64,000 bases of DNA from Chrysomallon squamiferum (lineage: Eukaryota; Animalia; Mollusca). Below the pieces are notes generated by a model. It saw only the letters and a program-made list of their open reading frames with translations. It was not told where the DNA came from and did no database searches. Positions 13,460 through 28,215 of this stretch are shown one piece after another (the first letter of the stretch is position 1; the number at the start of each line of letters is the position of its first letter). The position numbers and the translations under genes are program-made. Location: assembly GCA_012295275.1 (NCBI GenBank), contig CM022678.1, positions 3,286,001 through 3,350,000 of the forward strand, given 5' to 3'.

Positions 13460-13710
13460 TCCCGATTGGCTGCAAAAATCAATCTGTTTGTATCTGAGGG
13501 CTCGAGCCGGCCATTGTCTCGCATCGTCTGATTAGCGCGGCTGCACGTGTGGGAACGCGTCGCGGGACGGTCTCTCACCATTCTTACACGCCGATATTTA
13601 TCGAGTTTTTATGGTGTTTTGACGTGCACTTCGGCATGCGCAGTCGACTGATTTGCACGCGCTTCGTGTGTGTGAGAACCGTGCTTGGCTAACAGTTTTG
13701 TGGGAAAAAA
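13460..13710. promoter_or_regulatory. Candidate Notch-responsive enhancer with an SPS-like paired Su(H) site and an E-box
   Basis: CACGTG 13544-13549 overlaps GTGGGAA 13549-13555, then a 16-nt spacer and an inverted degenerate site CTCTCAC 13572-13578. Further sites: TGTGAGAA 13671-13678, GTGGGAA 13700-13706. CCAAT box near 13465. Confidence 0.55.
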
Positions 13711-13716
13711 CGAGTA

Positions 13717-13848
13717 AATTACGTTTTGTGTGGTTAACGTTTGAACTTGTTACGTTTTCGTTTATTTCAGTGTCTACAGTAATTACGTTGTGTGTGGTTA
13801 ACGTTTGAACTTGTTACGTTTTCGTTTATTTCAGTGACTACAGTAATT
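13717..13848. repeat. 64-bp tandem duplication (2 copies)
   Basis: aattacgtt(t/g)tgtgtggttaacgtttgaacttgttacgttttcgtttatttcagtg(t/a)ctacagt occurs at 13717 and 13781. Confidence 0.9.
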
Positions 13849-15136
13849 TCTACAGCACGACTCTTTTAAAGATATGGCGACAGTGTGAAATATATGTATT
13901 GACCGCAAGGTAAAAGTAAAATGAAAAAAAAAAATGTGATTAAAATAATAATAAAAATAATTTAAAAAGTTACATAGGTAAAAGAAGGAATATTAAAACA
14001 ATTAATAAAGTATTGATATGTTTTAAAACATTCACTATCTTTATGAATAACATTAAAAGTTTTATTAATCTGTACATTAATAGGTAAATAAATAAAAAAA
14101 TAATAGATCGTAATTATAAATCGAGAGAGAGAAAAAAAAAGGAAAAGAAATAAAGAATAAAAGAAAGAAAACAAATAAAATCTTATAGTTTAGAACTGTT
14201 TTACCATATTTAAAATTTACTGTGAGAAAAATGTTAAAATTGTATCACCTAGCAGCCAGATAAGGAAAAAAAAATAAATAAAAAATACACAGAGAATATG
14301 AAGCGAAAAGAGAATGATAGAATTTGCTATTATGAGTGTTTCGTCGTTGTTTTTTTTTTTTTTTTTTTAAATATTTAAAATAATATTAAATGTTAATTAA
14401 AGATTTTCCATCCAGTAATAAATAAATAAAAAAGTAGTATGGATAGAATATAATATAACTAACTAACTGACTGACTAAAAGACTAAAAAAAAACTAACTT
14501 TCTAATTAACTAACTAAACAAAACTAACTGAATAACTAAAACAAACGATAACTACTTACTCAGTAACTAACTTCAGACTTACTAAATAAATACGTAAGTG
14601 AATGAATTAATGAATTAATGAATGAATAAACAAATGAATACAACGTTTAACACGAGACAGAAACGTGAAATTACGCGATCACGCAACATCGCGGTTACGG
14701 CACGAGACGGAGGCGGACGCCAACGCACACGACGTCGGTGATAATTCAGTTAACGCAGCCGTAGTATTGAAAGCCGCAACTTAATTACACTGGTTCTGAC
14801 ACCATTTAAGCGTAATGTCATTACGTAAACGGTCATTTATCACGACCAGTCGCCACGTGACCCGGCGCGTGCTTTGTTAGCCGCAGGTTCGAATTTGCTA
14901 ATTTACATTTTTGATGAACTTTTTATTTAAAAAAAAAAAAAAAAAAAATAAATAAATAAATAAATAAATAAAAAAAGATTAATAAATTAATTAATTAATT
15001 TTAAAAAAATATATATATTTATGAAGCAAGATATTTTAATATTATATTATATATATATAAAAAAAATAGTTTTACCACTTCAGTAATTCGGGAGTATATT
15101 AATTAATTCATTAATTTTACTTTACTTTATTTAATT

Positions 15137-15251
<115 letters not shown>

Positions 15252-15544
15252 TAAATCTTATGTTAACATAAGGTAAGTATGTTTTAACAACCACTTCACT
15301 ATTACAATAATGATTACAGGAGCAACAACAGCCACTACTACAACTTTTGTTACTGTTACTGCTGATGCTATAACTACTATTGCTGTCACTATTACTTCTG
15401 TTTCTTCAGCTACCACTACTACTGATATTACTGCTAGTCATATTACTACTTCTACTACAACTATTACTGTTACTAATATACATTATACTATAATCACTAC
15501 GACCTCTACTACTACTGCTACTACCGCTGTAACTTCCATTTTTC

Positions 15545-15620
15545 TCGTGACGTCATCGCGTACAAGATGGACTGATTTCTCGAAAGAAAAACCAAAGCTA
15601 CCACTGTGATGACGTCACGA
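15545..15620. repeat. Short element with 13-bp terminal inverted repeats containing CRE palindromes; related sequence at 28055-28083
   Basis: tcgtgacgtcatc ... gatgacgtcacga. The first 29 bp match the reverse complement of 28055-28083 at 27/29 positions. Confidence 0.55.
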
Positions 15621-15803
15621 CTACAGTTCTAAAAAGTTCTACTACAGTTTTATAACAGTTTTACTATATTGATGTAAAACTTCCAAAACAATGAACTGAT
15701 AATTTGGTATATAAAGAATTTTTGTTATATCATTTATTCGTACCGCCATTTTTTATTTATTTATTTTAAAACAAATGCCATTTATATGCATTTTTATTGT
15801 TGC

Positions 15804-15838
<35 letters not shown>

Positions 15839-16027
15839 TTTTATTTTTATTATTATTATTTCCCCAACATCAGCCAAGAAATATTAAAAATAAATAAATA
15901 AAATAAAATAAAATAAAATAAAAAACTAAAATAAAATAAATACTACTAGTACTACAGCCATTAGTACTACTGCTACCATTGCTACAATTACTATTATTAA
16001 TACTACTCCTGCTACTACTACCACCAT

Positions 16028-16074
<47 letters not shown>

Positions 16075-16171
16075 ATGAAGCTGAGTAATTCAGTATTTAC
16101 AGAACAGAAAGTAGTTACTCACAAGCCAGACGCAATGATCGTTTAACTCAACATAGCAAAAAAAAAAAAAA

Positions 16172-16215
<44 letters not shown>

Positions 16216-16560
16216 TAATAATAATAATAATAATAATAATACAAAAAATTTAAAAAAGAAATTTGCGTAATATTTTGCACACCTGTTTGCGCCGAAGAGG
16301 TCTGGGTAAAGTACTCGAAATTAACAAACTACTCAAAATGCGCCTGCGCAGATAAAAAAAAAACTAACTAAAAACGCGCGATATTAATAGAACTGTCATG
16401 AACAGCAGACGTAGAAAATGAAGAAAACTGATAATTTGATTAATACTCCGGTTTTTTCTTTCTTTCTTTCTTTCTCGTAAACATTCAGAAATTGTTTTAA
16501 TTAAAAAGTAAATTGAGTATTTTTATTACATTCTCTTAAATTTTATTGTTATTTCACCAC

Positions 16561-16632
<72 letters not shown>

Positions 16633-16778
16633 TGTTGTTGTTGTTGTTGTTGCTTTGGTTTTTGGTATTTCTTAATTAATATTTCTAAAATCGTTAGTCT
16701 GTTTATTAAAATTATTATGTCTTTGTTCGTGTTAAATCTTCTTTCTTATTTGATTTTTTCTTTATGTTCTGTAAAATG

Positions 16779-16863
<85 letters not shown>

Positions 16864-17569
16864 TAATCTCGTCTTTATTAAAAACAAAAGACAAAGAAAT
16901 CAGAAAACATTATATAATTCTAAAATCCAATTTAAGTTAATAAACCGTTCCATACATCGCTAATTAACTATTAAACATATTAAACAACGTTATTTATTAA
17001 ACGATCTATTTCTGTTGTTTTGCTATTATTAAATACACCTCTTCAGTTCTTTTCTTCTGTACATTTTATTTGTATTTTCTCCGAATGAAAGCAATTACAT
17101 TCTTTCTTGTTGAATATTCTCGTGAAGCAGGCGACTAAACTGATTAAACATTCCGAACGTTCGACGCCATTTAATTGCTCTGATTGGGTTTTAATTACGC
17201 CGTTCAATAGCAAACGACTGGTACCGGCCAACGAAAACACCGACACTCTCCCCCCAGTGACCGCTGCCTCCGCCCATAGTTAACCAAACAGAATTAGAGA
17301 AAATATATTTCTTTTACAGTTAATACTAATAGTTATCGGTTAAGTTTCGCAGCTGGTCTCACTGTTGAAGATAAAGATGGAGCGAGACAGACGAGCGAGA
17401 GGTGTTTGAGAAATGAGAAAAACAGACAAGGGGGGAAAAAAAAGTCTTTCTGCCATAATTTGATATATATGATTGGAAGAAAAACATATCGTCCTTTGTG
17501 ATGACGATTAAAAGATTTTTTTTTTTTTATTATTAATATTTTTTATTTATTTATTTCAGAACTAAGGTG

Positions 17570-17616
<47 letters not shown>

Positions 17617-17829
17617 AAGAAAAATGTGCAGAAAAGATTTATTATTTATTTCTTTATTTTTGATTTTGATTTTTTTTTTTCTTTTTCTTCTTTTTTATTA
17701 ACACTAATATTAATACGACGAAAAAGCATTACTTTTGTTCAATCTTCTTTGTTACTACAACGACAACTGCGACAACATTTCTGGCTACTACTACAACAAC
17801 CACAACAACTGCATTACTAGTACATCCAC

Positions 17830-17864
17830 TATTGGAATTACTATTATTACTACTATTATTGCTT

Positions 17865-17909
<45 letters not shown>

Positions 17910-18822
17910 TTACTATTACTATTACTTCTACTTCTACTTCTACTACTACTGCTATTACTATTACAACTACTACTGCTCTTACTATTACTATTACTAAAAC
18001 CTGACCGTCTGTTTTTTATGCCACTGTCGTCCATTTTACTGCTACAAGTATAACAACCACCACTGTCACTTTTACTGTCACTAATTCTTTTACTAGTAAT
18101 ACCTCTTATACTACTACTACTACTACTACTGCCATTACTGCTACTACTACTACCACTACTATTACTACTACTACTACCACTACTACTGCTGCTGCTATTA
18201 CTATTGCCGCTATTACCTCTACTATTACTAATATTGTTACTACTATATTCTCACTACTATTACTTCTACTACTACTATTACTACTACTATTACTACTACT
18301 ATTACTACTACTATTACTATTACTATTACTACTGCTAATATTACTACCCTTATTACTATTACAATTACTACTACTATTACTACTACTATTACTACTACTA
18401 CTATTACCACTACTACCACTACTTCTTCTACTACTACTACTATTATTACTACTGCTTTCCTATTACTACTACTACTATAACTATTACTACTACAACTTCT
18501 GTTATTACTATTATTGCTTCTACTGTTACTACTACTACTATTATATTAATGCAACTTTTACCATTACTGTTGCTACTACTACTACTACTGTTACTGCTAC
18601 ACTCTTACAGTTACTAGTACTAATGATATTACTGGTGATACTTTTTTCAACTACTATCAGTACTGCTGCTGCTGCTGCTGATACTATTACTACTTCTACA
18701 ACTGTTACTAGTGCTACTACAACAACAACAACTACTACTACATTTTTTACCTCTGCTCCTGATACTCATACTGAACATAAGATTATAATAATAATAATAA
18801 TAATAACAGTAGCAATAATAAC

Positions 18823-18854
<32 letters not shown>

Positions 18855-18935
18855 CAACAACAACAATACTAATACTAATAATAATAACAGTAGCAATAAT
18901 AACAATAATAATAATAATAATAATAATAACAACAA
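17830..18935. repeat. Long degenerate (ACT)n/(AAT)n trinucleotide microsatellite field
   Basis: Direct reading of the sequence; source of poly-T/L/S/I pseudo-ORFs. Confidence 0.9.
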
Positions 18936-19284
18936 TGATGATGTGGATGAAGAAAAAAGTTAAAAAAAGAACAATAAGAACAATATGAATAATCAATAAA
19001 CGTTAACAATGAGCACAAATACATACATAAAAAAACAACAACAAAAAAAACAAATAAAAAGAAAAATATAAAATACACAATGAAACGTTAACCAGTTTTT
19101 AAGGTCACGTGCAAGCAGCTAATCTTTCACGATCAACCACTGGATAATCCTGAAGATTACCGTCGGAGATTTGGTGACTAGAGTCAATGCTAGATGTGAA
19201 ATCTTTACCTTGTGCATCATTTCAAATGGACGAATTTGTTGATTTATAATTATGAGAAGAAAAAAAAACGAAAAAAAAAAAACG

Positions 19285-19319
<35 letters not shown>

Positions 19320-19515
19320 AAGAAAAAAGAGAAAAAACCCAAACAAACAAACAGTCAGACAAACAAAAGAAAAATAAATAAATAAATAAATAATAAAGAA
19401 ATAAAGAAACAAAAAAAAAAAAAAGAAGTAAAAGACGAAAAAAAAATATATAGAAAGAAAAAAGAAAAAACCCAAACAAACAAACAGTCAGACAAACAAA
19501 AGAAAAATAAATAGA

Positions 19516-19546
<31 letters not shown>

Positions 19547-19602
19547 AAAGAAGTAAAGAACCAAAATAAATACGAAAAAAATACAGCAACAATACGCCCC
19601 CA

Positions 19603-19677
<75 letters not shown>

Positions 19678-19786
19678 CAGCCAAAAAAAGATAACAAACA
19701 ATATCAATAAATATGTTTTATCTATAATTAAGCGGTGAAAGAATGTCACGTGTGTCTGTCTATATGTGTCGTTATACATAATTATG

Positions 19787-19854
<68 letters not shown>

Positions 19855-20580
19855 TTACCTATGTATTTATTTCGGGGGGAGGAGGGGGTTGTTATCAGTG
19901 GAAGTCACTTAACAACGTCAGATTCCGGTAATTGTTATCAATAATAATTCCTTATTCGTTTCTGTTTTTTCAATCGAAGCGAACGATGTTCTCTTGTTTT
20001 CGTGTTTAATGAAGCCCAAACGATCAGCATTTGATACGAACTTTTTTGTTTATTCATTGCAAACGGATGCAGCTCGCGATAACACCGAGATAAGAACGCG
20101 ATTTCTCGTACACACACGAACTATGATATTAAGTGGTTGTCTCCCCCTGGGGCCCCATTGTTTAACTAAAAGATCCGCTGTTTCCCCAATTAAGCAGACG
20201 GATGAGCAATTCGCGCCCTTTTCAACAAATCTCTTTGGCGCGTTCTGAGACGGTACTATTCCCCAAACGAAAGATTACTTCTTTTTTAGATAAAGCAATT
20301 ATTATTTTTTTATTGTTTTAGGTTCTGACTTCTGCCCGGTAATTTATGTTTTTGTGTCAGTGAGACTTTTATGAGATTACCACAGCTGAGTTAATGAACG
20401 GACGGACTGGCTTTCACTGAGTTTATTAGATTGCAGCCTTTGGTCGCATAAATATATAATTTACTATGTTTTAGTCACGTGGACTCGACCTTTTCTTTCA
20501 TAGATGTTATTACTAAAATATTCCAAATTTAAAAAAAAAAAAATAATAATAATAAAATAATAATAATAATAATAATGATG

Positions 20581-20637
<57 letters not shown>

Positions 20638-21246
20638 TAAATAAATAAATAAATAAATAAAAATTCAAACAAATAAACAAATAAATACATTTTTATTTAT
20701 CTATTTATTTATCATCATCATCATCATCACATCATCATTACTACTACTACTACTACTACTATTGCTGTTGCCTTTATTGCTCTTTTTAAATCGATTTGTA
20801 AACGTGTTCTCTGCTTCATAAAAATAACACATTTTGAATATCACCCGCCATCTTCCACTATTTACTGTATATATATATATAGGCCTATATTTTCTGCTGT
20901 ACGTGACTTACCAGAAGTATCCCAGTCTGCAAAGCGTCGCGGCCATTTTGGTCAACACAACGAATAACACATATATGTATGTTACAGCTTGCAAAATCTG
21001 TTCTACCGGATCCATCTGTATTTTATTTCCATACAAATAAGCCATAAATATGTCAGATAAAATTACAGTTTGGTTTTCAGTTACAAACAATAATGATTAT
21101 TATTATTATGCACTTCTGTTTTTTTTTTTTTTCAGTGGCTAAGTATTAATGTGAAATATAATGTTTTTATTTTTAATATTGAAAAGGAGTTCATGTATGC
21201 TTAACATTACGTCAACAACAAAACCACTGCTGCTCTTCTGTTACTG

Positions 21247-21291
<45 letters not shown>

Positions 21292-21587
21292 TTGCTATAA
21301 CTACCGCCATCACTACTAATACTGCTATTACTACTACTAACATTGCTGCAACAACAACAGCAATAACTACTACTTTTACCACTACTAAAACTACTACTAT
21401 TACTAATACTACTACTACTACTGCTGCTGCTACTGCTACTATTACAACTACTAATATTATTACCACTACTACAAACACAACTGGTACTATTATTAATACC
21501 ATTACTATTACTACTACAATTACTACTACTACTACTACTATTACTACTTTTGCCATTACTACTATTATTAGTATCACTACTACTATA

Positions 21588-21620
<33 letters not shown>

Positions 21621-21768
21621 TTGCATTGTAGTATTGATATGTGTACATTTATCCATCTATTTGTCTATCTATCTATCTATCTTATATTTCTTTGTGTATG
21701 TTCGTCTGCCTGTGTTCAATACTAAATAAAATTATGGAAACTTTTTTCTCTCTCTCTCTAGTGATAAT

Positions 21769-21830
<62 letters not shown>

Positions 21831-22129
21831 CAACGACAACAATAAAGAGAAACTTTTATTCAGAAAATAAATTGTGTTAAAACAATCTGACTAAACAAAA
21901 CATGGATAAGTCACTGTTGTTTTCGAAACCTAAACATGAAAACTACAGGAGAGAAAAAAAAAAAAAAAAAACACCCCAAAACACAAGGAACAATAAAACA
22001 AATTTATGTTTGTATTTTAATAACCTCTGTTAGTCCCATCTGCTTAGTTTAGAAAACTAAAACTCTAAAAAGTGTAAAATGTGATTTCCAGATCTATTTC
22101 TGTCGTCCAATCTTTGTCGACTTCGAATG

Positions 22130-22720
22130 CCAGATGCACGAGCGACGTTCATGCGCGTGCACGGCGCGTGCACGTAGCCAGCAGAACTCGTGACAAAAAA
22201 TATAGTTCGGATCTTGTTCCATTGAATGTTGTTGTTAATTCGGAAACTTGGAAATAATTGATAGATGGTCTTTATGTTAACTAATATTTAGCAGTTGACG
22301 TGGAAGAAAAACTGCCGAGGTAGCGCCATGATACAGAGTACAGGCGCACGTGCTAGGCGCGGGAGGGTGGGGTCGACGTCTGGGTACGTTGTTTGTTCAT
22401 CTTCAAATCGGAGCGATTGAAGCGCGCGGGCTACCAGCCTATTAGAAATCTGGCCCGGGAGTTAATTTCGCCTCGCTTTTCGTCGAGTAACGCTCCTTAA
22501 CTAATTCCAGTAAAAATGCCAAACGAAATCACTCCGTTTCTCGGTCACGTGTCGCCGCACGTGCCTAACGGCATGCAGAATTGCGCCAGACGATGGTACA
22601 CGCGCAATTAGTGCTTTCGCAAGAATGGGGACGTCGCTTGCTTGATAGAAGTGAGCGGTTTATAATCTCTCGCGACTTTTTCACACACCTGGCCTGGAGT
22701 TGAGTCCCACGTGAAACTTC
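22130..22720. promoter_or_regulatory. CpG-rich island with four CACGTG E-boxes, including a tandem pair 6 bp apart
   Basis: CACGTG at 22347, 22546, 22558 and 22708. Confidence 0.5.
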
Positions 22721-24019
22721 GGGTGGGGGGGGGGGGAAGAGAGAGAAAAAAAAAACTCTTTTGTTGTCAGACAAAGTTGTGACAGTGAACTTTGGAAACT
22801 GAAACCATGAACGCGAAACAAAGAACATTTCGAGAATTAATTTTAATTTTTAAATATATACATCAGAAAAAAGAAAAGAATTTTTTTTTTTTTTAAGAAT
22901 AATAATAAAACGAACGAGAGATAAATCATGGTGCAGAACAACAAAGGGAAACGCCAAGGACAAACAAGTTCAACGACTAAAACTACTGAAACGCTGGTAA
23001 TGTCTTTAGTCACATATAAATATATATATATATATATATACACACAAATATATATCCATCCATGGATTAATAAAAACACACGCACACGCACACACATACA
23101 TACATAATACATGCATATATGCATTCGTCTATCCGTCTCTCTCTCTTCTCTTCTCTTCTTTCTCTTTGTCTCTCTCTCTCAACACCTGTCAAGCTGCTGC
23201 TGTCACTGCTGTTGCAAATGCTGCTGTTGCTACCAGAAAAGCAGCAGCAACAACAAACAACACAACTGCCACTATTACTATTGTTATAGTAGTACTAGTG
23301 TTACTACTAACGTCACAGCATGTGCTCTGTGTGCGTGTGTGTGTGTCTGTGTGTATGCGCGCGCGTCCGCATTCATGCTCGCTTACGTATGTATTAATAG
23401 TATTAATACTCTCGGTAGTAGCCGTAGTACTGCAAGTAGTCGTCGTCGTTGTAGTAGCAACAATGATAGCTGGCGACAAAAGTTGTAGACTTTGGTTTTG
23501 AAGTTTCTTGATCAGTTCGTTATATTTATGAATGATCTTTGACGATTATTTTTTTAAATAGTTTATTTTACTTGTTTCATTATTGTGAAGAGCGAAGTTC
23601 GTTTATAAAAGTAAATGTAAGTTTACAATAAATATTACTACAGCAACCAAAAAATAAATGCTTTCCTCTTCATTGTTCTCGGAAAACCAAGATGTCCCCG
23701 CTGTACTGTTTAACAAATGTGAATACAGATCTATCTGTTAAGAAAAGAAACGCGCATATTCAGTAGTTTTGATCTTTACATATGTTTGGATACTGAATAA
23801 CACAAAAGAGAAGTCGTAAAGTGATGCAAATCGAGGTCAAACGAAAAAAGAACGTTAAATTAATTGGAGTGGCCTCCCTTCGAGATTATACTATTAGTTT
23901 TATTATCACTGTATAATCCTCTGCAGTGGAAAGACACACCTCTGCTCTGTAATGACGTGTTTTATATCTGTTTTATTAGCTGCCATGAAATATCATGTAC
24001 ACTGCTTTGTCTTCGATAT

Positions 24020-24141
24020 CCGGCCAGATTATGTAACAAACAACGGTCACATACGATGCACAGTGCACGCGCAAGTTTAGCAAACGACTGCAGCCATTAC
24101 ACGTGAGTACATCGTCGTTGTTTTCTGTCTCACAGCATTTG

Positions 24142-24172
<31 letters not shown>

Positions 24173-24490
24173 AAGAAGTATTTTTGTCCGATTTCTTCGA
24201 GTCGTATACGAAAAAGAAATGTAGGTAAGGAAAATGTTGTTATTACGCTTTTTCCTGCCGATTTCCGAGGCAGATGTGAAATATTCATACGATATAGCAT
24301 GCACGTGCACCATTGTGACAAGTGGCACGTGTCGCTGTTGATGGGACCCGAGGACAAATACGACATTTACAAATGGCGTCTTTATGGCGGGTACATCTAG
24401 GGCAGAGATTAAGGCGCATGCGCTGTGCGACGAAGAGCACGCTTTCTTGTCAAAACGAGGCCATTAAGCTCAAGATGGCCACCATTTAAG
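24020..24490. promoter_or_regulatory. CpG-rich island with three E-boxes, NRF1-, YY1- and D-box-like motifs
   Basis: CACGTG at 24100, 24302, 24326; GCGCATGCGC 24414-24423; CAAATGGCG 24370; CAAGATGGCC 24471; ATTATGTAAC 24028. Confidence 0.45.
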
Positions 24491-24752
24491 TGCAGTGCTA
24501 TAAAATATCTCACGAAAGTATTAAAGATTTATTTATTTTATTTTTTATATCATACCAAAATTTATACATCTATTGTTTGTTTTATCATCTGCTATATATT
24601 TTATCTTTGATAGATACAGAGTATGAACATGATGCGATTGAATTTTTTTAAATTTACTTCGTCGAAAATTCTAGAATTATTGACATGAGGTTTTTTCCTT
24701 TTTTGCTTCTTTTTTTCCCCACGTTTTTCCTTCTTCCATTTGTCTTAACATA

Positions 24753-24809
<57 letters not shown>

Positions 24810-25060
24810 ACACACACACACACACACACACTTAATGTATATATATATATATATATAATTACGTCTTTCTTTACGTATGTTTGTGTACATTTATATGTAT
24901 GTGTGTATGCATATAAAGTTACATATGTGTATATGTATCATCTTTATTCTAAATATAGATATACAGACAATGTTTTTAAATAAAAACGTCCAAATTTAAA
25001 TTTTAAACCGCCATTATATCTATCTGTCTATCTCCCTGTCTGTCTACCCATCATCCATCC

Positions 25061-25135
<75 letters not shown>

Positions 25136-25970
25136 CATCCATCCATCCATCCATCTATCTATCTATCTCTATGGATAGATGGTTAAAATGTACATGTTAT
25201 TTTTCTCCCACTTCAAAGCGAAAGCCGAACACCTCAGCTCCGCACCACATACCGTCCCTGATTTTAAACAAGCGTGATTCAATTAGCCGACAGAGACTTA
25301 AGTCAATGAAGTACAAATTGGTGACGTGTTCGAAATTTTGTTCTTCGCAGCGATACGAGAAGAGCCGCGTGTGCCAGCCTACGTCAAACAACAAAACGTC
25401 ATATCGTTGTTACCGCACGTGCCAGCTCCGCTTTGACTGTGACGTAATCGGCCGCTACCTCGGTGAAAAATTACTCGCCGGAAATTGGTGACCAGTGGAA
25501 AGGCGCGTGCGTGCATTACCAGTCTATAATCTAACACTTAAATGTTCGTTTTCTTTTTGTTTTTTTCTTTTCTTTTCTTTTTTTTCTTTTTTTTTCTTTC
25601 TTTTTTTTTTCCTTTATTTATTTATTTACTTTTTATTTTTTTTTTATTATTATTTTTTATTTATTTATAATTATTTTAAAAAAAGATGATAATAATAATA
25701 AGAATAAAAATCAGTTCATTGACCTATTTTATCCTTCTTGATGTTATCCCATTGGTTCGTCATCAGGGTTTCAATTGTATTTCTAGTGTTGACTTTCTTT
25801 AAAACAAAATAATATGCGAATCTGGCGACAGAATAAAAATATTAGAACCATTACAAATAAAACTTAACAAATATTTTCTCTTTTATTCTGACGTCATTTC
25901 GTATCTGAACTAAATCGCTGAAAAACTGATGCATCCACTATCTGTAAGGCTTTTACTATTTTGAAAGAAA

Positions 25971-26045
<75 letters not shown>

Positions 26046-26646
26046 ACACAAAACTAGCAACGAAATTTAAAAAATAAATAAATAAAGAATTAAAAAGGAA
26101 AGATAAATATAAAGAATTAAAAAAGTACAATATTCACAGGCACGCGCACTCACACACACAGACACACACAAATGCAAAAATAAAAACCCAACCCCCAATA
26201 AAACCCCAAACAATAACACCAAAAATAAAAAGAATGAAAAGAAAACGTCTACAAATATGATTTCTGTTATATGCTGATGATAATTCGAATTTTCTTGGTT
26301 AACACTTTGATGTAGTAGATAATCTGTTTATCCATGGAATTAATCCTTTTCAGACAGACAGACAGACAGACACTGTGGATGCGATGTTTGCCAGAAACAA
26401 TAATTTGTCAACAGAACCGCAACAAAAACAATCTCTCGGTACAAACAGCGACAAAAGTTTCATTTCAGAAGTTTCTTTTTGACACAGGTAACTCTCGACT
26501 AACCACAGTAAGTGCAGTCAGTTATAGATATTTCACATATTTTATTTATTTAGTTTTGTATTTGTTTGTTTGTTTGTGCATTTTCCCGTTTGTTTATTCC
26601 ATTACTTTTTTTTTTTTTTTTTTTGTTCTTAATTATTTGTTCATTC

Positions 26647-26726
<80 letters not shown>

Positions 26727-28180
26727 GATTTTTTTTTCTAATTTTTTTTTTTTTTTCTTAAAAAAAAAAAAAAAAAAAAAAAACCGAAACGGACTGAAAT
26801 TAATAAACAAAAGACATAAAACATTTCCCGCATTAGGGAGATCTCATGGAAACAATATTTTTTTTTTGACACATTTTCCACGATTTTCGCTATAGCGGAG
26901 CGTTTTTCCGAAAACCTTTGCTGTAACGGAAACAGGAGAAGATGATGTATCATTCTGAACAGGTGTGGCCTGCGTCACGCCGAGCAATTCCATCACCGTA
27001 GTGGCTCACGTCAGACGTGTTCCGTTAACCTGAGACTTCGCTTCAGAATGTTCCGTTGCCCCTATATCTGTCTCACAGAACACCGTCGTCGAAACCGAAG
27101 AGGTTCAGGACGCCATTTTTCAAAATTTTGACATGTTTTTTTTCAAACCGTTAAGAAAGAAAGAAGGGAAAGAAAGAAAGAAAGAAACAAAATATTAAAA
27201 CGAAAACAACGACCTTGGTTAAGATATCAACTTGTAATTTATTTTTGTGTTTAAATTTGAGAAATTTTTGTTTTAATACTGCACTGTAGTGATGATGATG
27301 ATGATGATGATGATGATAATGATGATAATAATAATAATATTAATAATAAATTAATAAATTAATAAATAATTAAATAATTAAATAAATAAATAAAATAATA
27401 ATAATATAAAAAAAAATAAAAAAAATAATAAATAATAAATAAATAAATAAATAAATAAATAATAATAATGATAATGATAACGACGATGATGATGATAAGA
27501 ATGAAAAAGATCTTCATCATGATGATGATAACATAGTAGTAGTAGTTTAGTGGTTGCAATTGTAGTTGTAGTAGTAATTTAAAAAAAAAAAATAATAATA
27601 ATAAATTTACGGTTAAATAAAGTAACAGGTTTCTGTGTATAAAACATGTATTATGGTCAGAATTGTGGAAGTATAAATTTGGTTTATTCTGAAAGAACAA
27701 AAACTTCATTTCAAAAATATTTTTTTAAAACATCAGACATCACAGGTCTTCTTCGAGAATAAAACGTAAAATTTGACGTTCATTCCTCAGACGATAAATA
27801 CAAGTATTTATATACTTCTTGTATTATACAGTACCTATGGAGATATGAAGAAATAGCCTAAATAAATTCTGCTTTCTTCCAAGTTAGACTTCATTTATAT
27901 ATTCTCACGTCCGCTTTAACTGATAACGAAGTATAACAAGAAAAATATACTGTTCAAGAATATCTTATCTCCGTAGTTTATTTTTTTTTATCGCATAGAA
28001 TGTGGATCTCCGTACTCTAAAGTTTCTTCTAGTGTCTTCTAAAAATGCAGTATTAGTTCATCGTGTACGCGATGACGTCACGACTCCTACTGTAGAGGTA
28101 AAATGGCAGCTTTCAAATGTCTTGTAAACAGTATTATTTTGTTATTATACTTTGTTTAGAATAATGGTAGGTAACCCCTA

Positions 28181-28215
<35 letters not shown>

